Position numbers and translations under genes: made by a program
Assembly: GCF_006345805.1 (NCBI RefSeq)
Contig: NC_043003.1
Span: 92,318,001 to 92,382,000 of the forward strand
DNA from: Octopus sinensis
Taxonomy: Eukaryota
Reading direction: 5' to 3'
Length of the DNA stretch: 64,000 nt
Notes under the pieces: model-generated
Told to the model about the DNA's origin: nothing
The model's input: the letters and a program-made list of their open reading frames with translations, nothing else
Database searches by the model: none
In this document: positions 48,974 to 62,833 of the stretch, one piece after another
How the letters are laid out: the number at the start of each line of letters is the position of its first letter
Numbering within the stretch: the first letter of the stretch is position 1

Positions 48974-50135
48974 AGTGTGTGTGTGTGTGTATGTGTGTGT
49001 ATAAACCATTAGAATACTCAAATACTTATAATTGACTTGTACAGTTATCACTAATTTTCGTAATTAGTTTGTTGAATGGGTGTACTACAATAACAATATC
49101 ATTATTATAGAGAGCTAGCAGAATTGATAGAACAGCAGAAAAAGAAATGTAATGCTACATTTGTTCCAACCTTGTATGTTTCAGGATCAAATCCTATCAA
49201 GGTTAACTTTGCCTATTATACTTTCAGTGTTGATAAAATTAGCACCAGTTTAACACAAGGATCAATGTAACAAACTTACCCCTTCTCCTCCTAAAATTGC
49301 TGGTCATAAGCCAAAATTTGAAACCAATTGCCATTGATAATATTATTATCATTATTATTTAGTAGTAGTAGTGAAAACAGATTACTTAGATTCTCTTCTA
49401 CCATACCTATCAATAATATTTGTTAATTCTTCTACAGGCCTTCTTTTAACTTTAGTTCAGAATCTAAAATGGATTCAGGTGGAATAAGCTAGACAGTGCA
49501 AGTGAGAGGTGTCAACTGCTTGACTATACAAATATATAACAGAACTTTAAAAAAAAAAAAAGACTAAAATACTTGAAACTCCAGATTTGAATTTGTGATG
49601 TGAGAAGCTTGCTTCTCAACCACATGGCTCTGAGTTCAATTTCAATGCATGTGGACAAGTGTCTTCTATTATAGCCTTGGGCCAACCATATATATATGGT
49701 ATGATTGTGAGAGTGAGTAAGTGAGAGAATGTGTCTTTTTGCTTTGACATTGTGTGATAGTCAGAAATGAAAGGTGTTCTTTGTTTGCAATCTTCCATGA
49801 AATATTACCTTATTTGGAAATGGGTGAGGGTTGGCAACAGGAAAGGTATCTGACTGGAGAAAATCTGCCTCAACAAAATTCTGCCCAACCCATGTGAGTA
49901 TGCAAAAGCAAATGTATAAACAATGATGATGAAATTAACAATCTCTCAACAGAAACTGTGGAACACAAAACTAAATGTCATACAGTATTTGGTGCTATTT
50001 ACGCAACAGATAAGATTCTGATATCAAATCTTACCAGGATAATAAAAAACAAAAGAATAAAAATTAAAAAAGCCTTGTGAGTATATTTGGTAGACAGAAA
50101 CTGAAAGAAACCCGTTGTGTATATATATGTATATA

Positions 50136-51418
50136 TCAGGTCATCCCATAAGTTCTGTCCAATTTTACCTTTTTTTAAATTGAATGAAATTTAATAGTAT
50201 TTTAGAATGTCTAATGAAATTAAAAATCATTTTTATGCATTTGTGTACATTTAAACTAATTAAATATTATTTTACAGAATAACAGAATTAAAATTTCTTT
50301 GATTAAAACCCTTTCTAACATGGAAGTATCTAAAGAGCATTTGAGGCATATAATGCTTTATGAGTGCAGAAAAGGAAACTCTACAGCCGAAGCGACTCGA
50401 AACATACACTCAGTTTATGGGAAAGAATGCTTGAATGAAAGAACTTGCAGAAGATGGCTTGCAAAATTCAAAAGTGGAGATTTCAGCCTTGAAGATGAAG
50501 GTTAAACAGGACGTCCAGTTGAGTTTGATGATAAGCTCCTTGAGGTATTACTTGAAGAAAATCCTGCATTATCAGTTGAAGAATTGGCGATAAAGCTTAG
50601 TTCAAACCATACAACTGTTCATTGTCATCTTCAACAACTTGGAAAGGTACCTAAAGTTGGAAAATGGGTGCCTCATGAATTGTCCGAAATCAACCGCAAA
50701 TCCCGAGTTGACATCTGCTCTTCTCTCCATTCTCGCAAACTCATTTCACCCTTTTTGGATAGACTTCTGACCGGTGACAGAAAATGGATCTTCTATCGAA
50801 ATGCTAAATGTCATAAACAGTGGCTTGGTAAAAGAGAAAAAGCTCAACCACAACCAAGAAGGGAACTTCATGGAAAAAAGGTTCTTCTCTCTATCTGGTG
50901 GGATTGCAAAGGAGTAATTTACTTTGAATTGTTACCACCTAATGCAACAATTAATGCTCAAGTCTACTGTCAGCAATTAGAGCATTTGAACCAAGCTTTG
51001 AAGTAAAAAAAAAAGACCTGCTTTAGTGAATTGAAAAGGAGTGATGTTTCATCAGGACAATGCACAACCCCACACTGCAAAGATCACATCACAGAAGATC
51101 GAAGAGCTTGGTTGGGAAAAAATTCCCCATCCACCTTATTCACCTGACCTTGTTCCTACAGACTACCATTTGTTTCGTAGTTTACTAACTCATTTGGGGG
51201 ACATAACTTTCGCAAGCCAGGAGGAGGTCGAAACTGACATTTCAGAGTTCTTCGCTTGGAAACCAAAAGAGTTTTACATTGATGAGATTGTAAATAAATG
51301 GAAGGGAGTTGTAGATAAGCAGGGAAAGTACATTGATGATTAAATTACAATTAAATATAACATCTGATCACTTGTTTTCTTTATTCAAAATTTGGACAGA
51401 ACTTATGGGATGACCTGA
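50136..51418 (+). mobile_element. Full-length (1283 bp) mariner with a disabled transposase, inserted in the (TA)n of a family A SINE
   Basis: Perfect 27-bp TIRs tcaggtcatcccataagttctgtccaa flanked by TA. ATG at 50320, WVPHEL, TGDRKW, HQDNAQPH, YSPDLVPTDYHLF. Stops at 50503, 51004 and ~51032. SINE halves lie at ~50070-50135 and 51419-51650. Confidence 0.96.
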
Positions 51419-52880
51419 TATATATATATATATATTTATGTGTCTTTGTGTTTGCCCCTCCCATTATCACTTGACAACTGATGCTGGTGTGTTTATATCT
51501 CTGTAAGTTAGTAGTTTGGCAAAAAAGACCAATAGAATAAGTACTAGGCTTATAAAGAATAAGTCCTGTGGTTGATTTCTTTGACCAAAACACTTTAAGG
51601 TGGGGCTCCAGTATTGCCACAGTGAAATGACTGAAACAAGACTAAAAGAATACTATGGAATGAACTCAGAAATCTAACTGATCACTATAGCAATTCAATG
51701 GTAATACAAGTAATTAAAAGGTGTGATAACAGGTTAAACATGATCTTTGGGCCTATGGCAGCTGGCATACACCTGCTCTGTTGGTTGCTCCTCCCACTTA
51801 GTTTCACTGGTGGTTGCTAACTGTGGACAGCTTTCAGACAAATTGTTGGTCACAGCATAGATACAGGACAGACTAGCACATACCAGTTACTGTTAGAGTC
51901 CAATATGTCATTTGAACAGGAGTCAACTAGAGAGTATCTACAAGGATATTTAACTTGCTAGAGAAAACAGCCAAACCTCCTTAAAATTACACTAGTTTTT
52001 TTTAGAAAAAACAAAGACACGTTAGAAAATATAGTCCTCAGTACACTATGCCTGAAGCAAAAAAGGATAGGTGGACTTTGGTTGGAACATATCTAACCAT
52101 AGATATTCTTAATCAGAACTGACTTGGAGCTCAATGAATGTACCATTTTGCTAGAAATAGCAACCAAGTTTTACATACAATGTACACTCCTGTGAAAATG
52201 AGAACACATAGGCAATATAGTCATCGAGGCACTATATCTGAGAAAAATATAAAATGGCCATGGCTGGAATGCCTTTGGTTACAAGTCTACTTGCTGGAGA
52301 CTGATCTGGGACTGAATAATGATGACAATAGTAAGCCAAAGAGGGCTACACTATCCTAACCAAACAATAGTAGACAATAATATACATGTTGAATAATACA
52401 TTTCTAGTTGACATAAACCTGAAGGATTATTAAACATTAGTCATCATCATCATTATCATAATAATAATAATAATAAAATTACTGGCAGCTTCATTATACA
52501 CGAGATATTTATAGTTTCTGACTAAATACATTGAGATCACAAAATGGTTTCAAAAGACTTTAAACAAATGAATTTGTCGTGGGAACTTCTTACAAGCTAT
52601 AATACCAGCCTGTCTTTAAGCATGTAAACAGGAAGACAAAGCAAACAGCATAGTCCTTGAATCTGCTTCCTTCTTCCTACATGCTTGGCTGCTTTATAAA
52701 GAGTAGTTTCTAAACATTGCTTTAATGACAACAATCTCTTGTGACCAAGTATCCCATAAATTTGTTCCCTTTACATTAAGAAAGTTTGGCTGTTTGAATT
52801 ACAAATGCACTCCAATGAATGGACTTTCACAAAATATTAAGGAAATCTATCTATTATGTAATCACTTAACATTAAAAATA

Positions 52881-53110
52881 TTATTCTTTACTACCCACAA
52901 GGGGCTAAACACAGAGGGGACAAACAAGGATAGACAAACGGATCAAGTTGATTACATCGACCCCAGTGCGTAACTGGTACTTAATCTATCGACCCCGAAA
53001 GGATGAAAGGCAAAGTCGACCTCGGCGGAATTTGAACTCAGAACGTAACGCCAGACAAAATACGGCTACGCATTTCGTTGGCGTGGTAACGTTTCTGCCA
53101 GCTCGCCGCC
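52881..53110 (-). mobile_element. SINE family B, full length, young-looking
   Basis: Reverse complement of the copy at 33272, with CpGs largely retained. Confidence 0.87.
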
Positions 53111-53883
53111 TAACATTAAAAATAGCAATCAAATTTCCCTCATTTAACACCTATCATCTTAAAACAGACACAGTGAATAACCCCTTTGATACTAACCTGC
53201 CTTTCATAAGAGCATTAGTGATAGGTTCATGATGCTCTTGGTTCCTTTCTATTTGGTAGAGATGGTTGCTATTGAAAACCACAAACAAATACTAGACTAA
53301 ATGTTTTACAATATCATAATTTTCCACCTTCCTATTTGGATTTTAACTCCAATAGAACTTTCCAGTGACAATGGAGGTTCCTCATTCCTCACTGGAGGTT
53401 AAATCCACCAATTATATACAGTTCCACTCTGTTAACCTTTTTAATACCAACCTGTTTGAGAACATCTTTGGCTTATAATCCAAGTGACCTGTTTTAAAGT
53501 GATCTAAATTTAGACCTATTAATATTCCAAATACTAGCTTTAAAATTACAGTTATTTTCCTAAATTCTTCATGATTTTAAAAATTAAAACAAAAGCAGTG
53601 TATTTCAACAAAAATATCTTTTATTTTGTTTCAGTCATTAGACTGTGAAGAACTGCTTTTTAGTCAAATGAATCAACTCCAGAACTTATTTTTCTAAGCC
53701 TGATACTTATTCTATCGTCTCTCTTGCCAAACTGCTAAGTTATGAGGATGTAAACACACCAACACCAGCTGTGAAGTGATGGTAGGGGACAAACAGACAC
53801 AAAGACACACATAAAGATATATATATATATATATATAAACACACAAAGATATATATATATATATAATATATATATATATATAT

Positions 53884-53915
<32 letters not shown>

Positions 53916-53929
53916 CATACATTTGTATT

Positions 53930-54595
53930 CTTTCATTCTTTCCTTCTCTCTATCAGCCCTTTCACACTTCAATCTTTCGTTCCCCCTCTCTCACATTTCC
54001 TGGCCTTCCCGTCATGCTCACTTTCCCTCTTTCACTTCACTGTGTCTCTTTCATTTTTCTCTCGCCCCTCCTAAATTCTTCTATCCCTCTACCTCTACCT
54101 CTCTCTCTTCTCTCCCTATGTGACCAGTGTTCGGCCAGGCCTGACCTTTCTTTCTTGGTTGGACTACTGTCTGTGCAACATCTATATTCCTTCCTGTGCT
54201 TGTTAAATCTTATGTCCCTGCCATAAGGCTTTACTTCCACACACGCCAGCTTAATTTAATTCATCCTTAGTCGAAAGACACCTGTTGTTATGTTATTTGT
54301 ATTTTTGTAATATTTCTCTGTATTTTTTCCCATTATTGTTTTTGTATACATTCACTGCTTTCTTCCAAGAAATGTAATGCTCTTAGCTTATTTTTTCCTT
54401 GGGGCTGGCCAGATTGGAGCAATCTCAAGTATAACCAGCTGGAATTGCAAATATAATCTGGAACTTGACTGAGGATAGAAAACTCTAAATGATTTGTCCT
54501 TGTTTTCCTTGTATCGTCTGTCTGGATATTTTGTTGTCCCTTTTTTGTTTCACCTAACTGTCAGGATGTTTTGCGTTCTTGTCCCATTTTTGTAT
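53930..54595. mobile_element. Homologue of the 2990-3665 repeat, nested in a family A SINE
   Basis: CT-rich 5' part, ctttcttccaag...ggagcaatctcaag...cttgactga. SINE halves at 53625-53820 and 54620-54788. Confidence 0.65.
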
Positions 54596-55226
54596 TATAT
54601 ATATATATAGAAATGTATGTATGATAGGCTTTTTTCAGTTTCTATCAGCCAAATTCACTCAAAGGACTTCGGTTGGCTTGAGGCTATAATAGAAGACACT
54701 TGCTCAAGGTGCTGCTCAGTGGGACTGAACTTGGAACCATGTGGATGGGAAGCAAGCTTTTTACCACACAGCCATGTCTGCTCCTGTGCCAATTAAAAGG
54801 TCAAAGAACCTTAATAAAAAGACATTTTTAAGCAATAATAATCAGTTCCATTTCCTTATTATTGCTGTATTCCACCTCCTACTACCATATAGAGAAAGAT
54901 TCAGCCTTTATGTGTTGTTTAAATAGTCAAGAGGTGGTAGAAAACTAACTAGAACATAATAGCTAACCTGATTAGGCAGGTAAAAATCTCACGTGTATAT
55001 TGGTGTGAAGTATGTTATTCACCAAGGTGACATCACAGTAAACAAACAGGAGACAATGGTGACAAAGAGAACACAGTAGTTATAGATTACAATGAAGTAG
55101 ATGACAGTTTGTTCAATGAATTTGCTATTCACTGTCTACGACAACAGCAACTGTAGGATCAGGTTGCAGCAAATAGTTAAGTTTTAATAGACGATCTTAG
55201 ATTACCCTGCAAGGAGTGTGTGTATG

Positions 55227-55274
<48 letters not shown>

Positions 55275-55277
<3 letters not shown>

Positions 55278-55490
55278 CATCATCATCATCTTCATTTAGT
55301 GTCAGCTTTCCATGCTAGCATGGATTGGATGGTTCAACTGGGGTCTCGGAAGCCAGAAGGCTGCACCAGACCCAGTCTGATCTGGCAATGTTTCTACGGC
55401 TGGATGCCCTTCCTAACGCCAACCACTCCGTGAGTGTAGTGGGTGCTTTTTACGTGCCACCGGCACAGGTGCCAGACGAGGCTGGCAAAT
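55275..55490 (-). mobile_element. 5'-truncated RTE tail
   Basis: Reverse complement of the LINE 3' end with a (CAT)n tail. Confidence 0.8.
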
Positions 55491-55600
55491 ATATACATAT
55501 ATATATATATATATACATAATCATATATATATACATACATATGCATACATACATACATACATACATATACATACACACACATATACATACATACATACAT

Positions 55601-55658
<58 letters not shown>

Positions 55659-56009
55659 TGAGGGGAAAGAGAAAATAGGAAAAAAGCAGTACGATGGAAA
55701 ACATCCAATGTTGAATGATTTCATAAGAAATAATTTTAAATGTTTGCTAACATTGCATTTGCTGTGTCAAGGTGGAGCAGAGTAGTTAGTGAATTAATTA
55801 CTAAAATAGAAAAACAGGGAACTATACCAAGGTGATTGATATAAGTGTGTGTGTGTGTGTGTGTGTGTGTGCGCACAGGTATGGCTCTGTGTAAGAAGCT
55901 TGCTACCCAATCACATGGCATCTTGGATAAAGCTTTGTGAGTGGATTTGATTTGTTGATGGGTGGAAACTGAAAGGTGGAAACTGAAAGAAGCCTGGTGT
56001 GTGTGTGTA

Positions 56010-56605
56010 TAGTAGTAGCAAGCATCCATCAGTCTCAAGAAGCTATGGATCTGCACCCAAAGAAATCGTGTCAGCTGCTGATGGTGGTACAGTGTTTGTT
56101 GTGGCCATACAAGCCCACACAGGAGTGGCAGTCACACATGCAGTGAGTGCATTTGAAGAAGCTCTCTGCCGGCACTACTAGTTTTTCCTTCCATCGAGTG
56201 CGCTTTTCTTTGATGGTGAGTTCCTGTTTTCTTCCACTTGCTTCATCCTCTTTCGCAGCATTTGTTTCCAGTGTAGGCAATCATTTGCAACCTCTTCTCA
56301 TCTTAGGACATCCAGATCAAGTGACTTCATGCTTTTGCGCTAGTGGCCAATTCCCCATAGAGGAGGTCTTTTAGGATCCTTCTGTCCGGCATATGATATA
56401 CATAACTGAGCCAGTGTAGATGGTGCTGGTGGGTATCTTGGCACAGTCGAGGACTTTGGTGTCAGTGATGTGGTTAGTCCACTTAATATCCAAGATGCGT
56501 CTCAAATTAGGAAGGCGGAAGACATTGAGACACTGTTCCTGTCTGGAGTAGAGGCTCCACATTTCAGTGCCATAAAGTAGCATACTAAGGACACACACCT
56601 TATAG
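56010..56605 (-). mobile_element. 5'-truncated BovB-like RTE LINE
   Basis: CVLSMLLYGTEMW...LRRILDIKW, decayed PKDLLYGEL and a C-terminal CTHC...H..HC finger. Confidence 0.8.
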
Positions 56606-57300
56606 GCAGCAATATTTAGAGCATCTTTCTCACATCACAACACTGGATCACAATTAGAATAGTGTGTGTATGTATGTATGTATGTATGAACATGTGTCAA
56701 TGCATATAGTAAATTAAGATAAATCTTTTAAAAAATCCATATTCATTTTAGGAACTTTAGCACATGCAAACACACACACACACACACTTGCTATATCTAT
56801 ATATGAGGGTATACATGTTTGCACATACAAAGCAAGAAAAAGAAAGAATTGAAAGAAAAAAAAACAGGAATGGCTGCATGGTAAGAAGCTTGTTTCCCAA
56901 ACACATGGCTGTAGGTTCAGTCCCATTGCATGGCACCAGGTGCAAATGTCTTCTACTGTAGCCTCAAGCTGACAAAAGCCTTGTGAGTGGATTCGGTAGA
57001 CAGAAGTCAAAAAGAAGCACGATGTATGTGTGTGTCTTTGTGTCCGTGTTTGTCCCCCACCACCACTCAACAACCATTGGTGGTGTGTTTATGTCACCAT
57101 AACTTAGCAGTTCAGCAAAAGAGTCCAATAGAATAAGTACCAGGCTTACAAAAAGTTTTTAAAAAAAATAAAGATCCTTCAAGGTGGTGCCCCAGTATGG
57201 CTGCAGTCTAATGAATGGAAAAAGTAAAAGTTATAAAAGATTCAAAGATCAGAAACATGAAAATCAGAACATCTGAAGTTACAGCTTTTAATAAATCATA

Positions 57301-57473
57301 GGCACAGGAGTGGCTGTGTGGTAAGTAGCTTGCTTACCAACCATATGGTTCCAGGTTCAGTCACACTGCGTGGCATCTTGGACAAGTGTCTTCTACTATA
57401 GCCTCGGGCTGACCAAAGGCTTGTGAGTGGATTTGGTAGACAGAAACTGAAAGAAGCCCGTTGTATATATGTG

Positions 57474-57506
<33 letters not shown>

Positions 57507-57698
57507 TTGTGTTTGTCGCCCTAACATCGCTTGACAACCGCTGCTGGCATGTTTACGTTCCCGTAACTTAGCGGTTCGGCAAAAGAGACCGATAGAATAA
57601 GTACTAGGCCTACAAAGAATAAGTCCTGGGGTTGATTTGCTCGACTAAAGGTGGTGCTCCAACATGGCCACAGTCAAATGACTGAAACAAGTAAAAGA
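57301..57698 (+). mobile_element. SINE family A, full length
   Basis: Same head, internal microsatellite and tail as the copy at 37201. A more diverged copy lies at ~56870-57240. Confidence 0.88.
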
Positions 57699-57731
<33 letters not shown>

Positions 57732-58189
57732 GATACAATTGAGGAAGATTTTCCAGTTACTTCTAACAAGCCAAAAAGGACAAAGGAGATTATGGCTTCA
57801 TGGTTTTTTTGTTTTTATCAGCCTACACAATCAGTGTTGATCTAGGTTAAACAATGACATCAACTCTTACTGTTTAGCTAGAAAAGATGACACACCCATT
57901 TCACGGATAAAAATGTTCTCTACAAAGTAAATAGTTATTGTTTAGAAAAAAAAATAGATAAAATACACTAAAAAAGTCATAAATCAGAATAGCTTGTGCA
58001 ACAATTCATATTTTAATGTAAATTGGCAAACTGAATGTCCCCACCTAATGTAAATAGTAATTTTAAAAAATCAAACCTATAAAATACAAAGATCAGATAG
58101 GAAAGCAGGGGATACAAACATTTAGAGTGTAAGTGTGTGTGTATATAATATACATATATATATATATATATATAAGAGATAATGGTGTC

Positions 58190-58460
58190 ATTGAGACCCA
58201 AAGGTGTCAGGTAATGCTGAATAAGTGCTATAGACAGACCATAGTTAAGTTCCAGATTCAGTAATATTGCGAATAAAGGGTTCAACGTTGGTTCTATGTC
58301 AGCGTTTGTATATAAGAATCTTTTGCGTAATAAACTAACTATGACTTAACTTTTCCTCTCACACCGTCTCTAATGAAGGGATATTATTAATTAATATCCT
58401 AGAAACAGCTGTAAGATTTTCTATTTATAAATACTCTAATATCTATACAGCCTTGGTTTT
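58190..58460 (+). mobile_element. PLE pLTR-like repeat (family of 14864-15492) with a core-mutated hammerhead at 58366-58417
   Basis: gtct-CTAATGA-agggatatt...aatatccta-GAAA-CAGCTG-TA-agat. Confidence 0.6.
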
Positions 58461-58472
58461 TTTTATCTTATA

Positions 58473-58985
58473 CTAGCAGTATCGCCCGGCGTTGCTCGGG
58501 TTTGTAAGGGAAATAACTATATAAGCATTTTTAGAGAGTTACTTCCCTTATAGATGCCAATTCGGGCTTTCTTAGCCATTTCTGTTTTGGTGTCTTCAAG
58601 CCATGAAGTCGTTGTTCTAAAAGAACGCTGGTCTCCTTGACAACGCTTTACGACGTTGATTTCCTTACACTCCCTTCCCCACAGCTTCATGAGGGAGGGA
58701 AGAAGGGGGAGAAGCAAACAGGTGCAGCTGTGAGCGTGGACGCCAACTCCGCCGTCATCGACACATGAAAAATTATGCATTAAAATGGAATAAAAAATGA
58801 TGTTAAATTATTTTTAAAATCGTAGACTCATCGTAGATGCGCGCTAATATGCAGATGGGCTTGATATGAATCACGACTATAAGATACCCGAATTTGGTTA
58901 AACTGCACCGCAAAATGTGGGAGTAGTTAGGAATCTAAATCGAAGGGGACAGACACTCACACAACTACAGTTTTATATATATAGA
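58473..58985 (-). mobile_element. Non-autonomous Helitron, copy 4, with an extra ~220-bp internal segment
   Basis: Same termini as copies 1-3. Segment 58552-58775 is absent from the other copies. Confidence 0.85.
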
Positions 58986-58989
58986 TATA

Positions 58990-59330
58990 TAAAGGGTAAA
59001 GGCCCCCTTCAGTCATGAATGACCATGGGATTGCACCTAGAAAGTTACTTTCTGAGGCACAAATCTGGGCAAGGTTGCTTATGGAAAACCAGCAGTCACC
59101 TATGCATACCAGCTTCCCCTCTCCACACCACTGATGTTATCCAAAGGAAAGGCAAAGGCCAATACAACTTGGCCCCAGTGATGTCGCAACTCATTTCTAC
59201 AGATGAGTGAACTGGAGCAACATGAAATTAAGTGTCTTGCTCAAGAACACAACACAGCCTAGTCTGGTAATCAAACTACCTCGTGATTGTGAGTCCAACA
59301 CTCTAACCACTGAGCCATGTACCTTCATAT
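58990..59330 (-). mobile_element. tRNA-derived SINE family C
   Basis: Minus-strand head tgaaggtacatggctcagtggttagagtgttggactcac, then gtgttcttgagcaagacactt...ttgctccagttcactc. Confidence 0.7.
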
Positions 59331-59612
59331 ATATGGTTCAACTATACAAAAGACAATGGCAGGTGAGGGAACAATAAGTAAGATATATTAGTTTGACACT
59401 CATGAAAATGGAAAAGTTTTTGACGTTTCGAGCCTATGCTCTTTGACAGAAAGGAATGAGCAAAAAAATTGAGAAACAAAGAAAAAAAAAACAGAGAGAG
59501 AAAAAAGTGTTGGGATTAATGGTTCAAAATGTTGAAATGACTTGAAGGAAAAGGTCAACCGAAGGAGATATAATACTGACCTGGAGAAAATGAAAGTGCA
59601 CAAGCACATGCA

Positions 59613-59682
<70 letters not shown>

Positions 59683-60141
59683 ATATATATGTATAGATAT
59701 GATGGGCTTTTTTCAGTTACCATTCGCAAGTCTTTGGTTGTCCCAAGAAACTTGCCTAAGGTGTCACACAGTGGGACTGAACTCTGCAGGCCCTGGGGTT
59801 AGTGTGACTCACACCCACACACATTCAACATAGAAGTAAACATATTAAAAGCTGTGTAATAAAAAGGAACCAGAAATGCAGTGAGTCAAAAAGGAAGTTT
59901 AACTATTAAGCTTTGTACTGTAGATAAGTTCAATGCAGCTCTTTATGCAGTCGGAAAGCACCTAAAACAATCAGTTTTATGGCTTCTAGAATACACTACA
60001 GGCACTTACTTATTGAGACTATGATTTATGAGAAAATCACTAAATTAAACACTTGAAAAGGAAAAGTAATGGATATTTAATGACTGAAAGGTTAAGGTTT
60101 TTTTGTTTTGATATTTTTTTTTATACTGAAGTTTATATATA

Positions 60142-60188
<47 letters not shown>

Positions 60189-60506
60189 TTGTTTCTATTT
60201 TTTTTATGAGAGGAAAAAAATTATAGAAAATGCTCTACTGAGTCAATGCGGGATTCTAGAAATACCAATCAACTTTCTCATAGGTCACATGATGCTGTCT
60301 TTAGAAAAAGAAAAAACAAAAAGAAAAATAGAAAAATTTAGCCTCTACTGATATATAAAAAACTGAATAAGAAATCACTGGTATTGCAAATAGCTGACAG
60401 GTTTATTAACAATTCGTTATTAGTGGTGGAAGCAATATTAATTCAAAATAGACGTGTAGGGCTAAAAAGCACAGAACGGAATCAGAAGCAGACAAATATC
60501 TTTTAT

Positions 60507-60876
60507 GTTTTACTTGTTTCAGTCATTTGACTGTAGCCATGCTGGAGCAGCACCTTGAGAGTTTTGCTTGAACAAACGGACCCCAGGGCTTATTTAGCTT
60601 TTAAGCCTAATACTTATTCAATTGGTCTCTTTTTTCTGAACTGCTATGTTATGGGGATGTAAACACACCAACACCACTTGTCAAGCAGTGATGGGAGACA
60701 GACACGAAGATACACACACACACATACACGATGAACCTCTTTGAGTTTCCATCAACCAAATCTTTGGTTGGCCCGAGGCTGTAGTAGAAGACACTTGCCC
60801 AAGGTACCATGCAGCAGGACTGAACCTGGAACAATACGATTGGGAAGCAAGCTTCTTACCACACGACCTATGCCTA
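60507..60876 (-). mobile_element. SINE family A
   Basis: Reverse complement of the family A consensus. Confidence 0.8.
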
Positions 60877-60891
60877 TTGCAGTTCTTTTAA

Positions 60892-61122
60892 GGCAGTGAG
60901 CTGGCAGAATCGTTAGCACGCCGGGCGAAATGCTTAGCGGTATTTCGGCTGCCGTTACGTTCCGAGTTCAAACTCCGCCGAGGTCGACTTTGCCTTTCAT
61001 CCTTTCGGGATCAATAAATAAAGTACCAGTTTTGCACTGGGGTCGATGTAATCGACTTAATCCTTTTGTCTGTCTTTGTTTGTCCCCTCTATGTTTAGCC
61101 CCTTATGGGTAGTAAAGAAATA
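60892..61122 (+). mobile_element. SINE family B with a 15-bp target-site duplication
   Basis: tattgcagttctttt at 60875-60889 and 61123-61137. Confidence 0.9.
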
Positions 61123-61678
61123 TATTGCAGTTCTTTTGGGGTTTTCCATATCACTTTTCATTTCTCCTATGAGAGGAAAGAAAAATGATGAAAAACAACA
61201 TGGGATTCTCTTCCTGCTCACTCAAGTTGCTAGAAATAGCAGTCAAATCTATCTTAGATGACATACAAGCATCATAAGAAATAAATTCAAATAAAAAAGG
61301 ATATATTAGATAATGTAACCAAAGATAAATTATCTCTAGAGAAATGGAATGGACATGTCTTGAATACTTTAGATCATAAACCTGCTTGATCAGGGTTGGC
61401 TTGGGGTTAAACAACACCACCAAAGGTATAGTGGTATACAAAGTCATGTATTTGTAGGAGAGGTGTATAGCTAAATGACATGTATTGTTTTGGACTGTAA
61501 TCAATAAGGTATAGGTGTGACTATTTGGTAAGAAGTTGTGGTTGGGAAGCAAACATTGTGGTTTCAACTTCAGTCCTACTGCATGATACTTTGGGCAAGT
61601 GATCTCTATAATAACCCTGGGCCAACCAAAGCCTTGTGAGCAGATTTGGTAGATGAAAAATGAAAGAAGCCCACCATG

Positions 61679-61740
<62 letters not shown>

Positions 61741-62783
61741 TGTGTGTGCATCCCCTTATTGCATAATAGTGTAAATGAGTGTTGCAGTTACTTATTTCCA
61801 ATATTCTGCAAGAATACGGAAAGCACAAGTGCCCAAGTATCACACACACATGCATACATACATATATATAAAAAGCAATATTGAATCCACCTTTACCAAA
61901 TATGGCAGAACTAAGTACATGTAACCACAAAACAGCTACGGTTGTAAAAGAGAAGATATGAAGTTAAATAGTTCTAAAGTAGAATAAATTGGATTTTAAT
62001 TATTTCCATTCTTGAAGTATTTATATTCATTAATTAGGAAAGCAGACTATTCCTAGATTCTCAAGCTCCAACTGTTTACTTTTAATTGCCAGGAATGTGT
62101 TTATTATGTAAAATTGGTAAATCCAATTATGTTACACCGCTATATTTAGTGACTATTTAAGCAATGTGTTTGTGGATGATTAATAGGTTGGCTGTGGTAC
62201 TGAAGAAGGAGCAAGAACTCTTGAAATATGCATATATACCTACTACACCTACTATCTATTTTTCTTCAATCGCATTGGTTACACAGGTATATTTACCTAT
62301 GAAACGTTGTAACAAATCAGTGCTGGCTCTAATCCCTATGGAATATCTGCAGAGGTAACTTTAAAAAAAACTGTTTACTTTATATGAATATATATTAGTC
62401 CTTTGTATTTGTCAGTGGGTTTGGACAAATATGAACAGTTCTGAATTCACATAAACACCTAATTGGATTTATTTTTTTATCTTTTATCTTTTACTTGTTT
62501 CAGTCAGACTGCAGCCATACTGGAGCACTGCCACAAAGAATTTTTAATCAAATGTAGCACACCGCAGTAATTGTTTTTTAAAACCTGGTACTTATTCTAT
62601 CAATCTTTTTTGCCAAACTGCTGAGTTACAGGGACATAAATACACCAGCACTGGTTGTAAAGTGGTGGTGGGAGACAAACACACACACTATATATATATA
62701 TATAATTGCAGCGTGGAAGGTTTTTATAAGCCATTTAAGAAAGACACAAAATCCATTAGATTCACTTCAACATTTAAATTTAA

Positions 62784-62833
62784 TTTGTCAAAATATTTTC
62801 ATCACTTTGAGACTGCGACCTGTTCACTGACAA
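62784..62833 (-). ncRNA. Second hammerhead-like motif with the G3-C8 swapped core, within a repeat arm starting ~62705
   Basis: UUGUCA-GUGAACA-G-GUCGC(agucucaaa)GUGAU-GAAA-AUAU-U-U-UGACAAA. Stem II is weakened to G-U pairs by apparent CpG decay. Confidence 0.5.

Noticed and set aside
50320-51343. Functional or domesticated mariner transposase (SETMAR-like)
   Set aside because: It has several stops, a poly-A slip and TGDRKW in place of TGDEKW, no SET exon is seen, and the intact TIRs indicate an ordinary dead copy.
62297-62346. Possible 50-nt minus-strand ASPP exon (YSIGIRASTDLLQRF)
   Set aside because: Splice-like flanks exist, but only DLLQRF resembles the ASPP N-terminus and the rest does not align. 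Treated as chance without RNA evidence.
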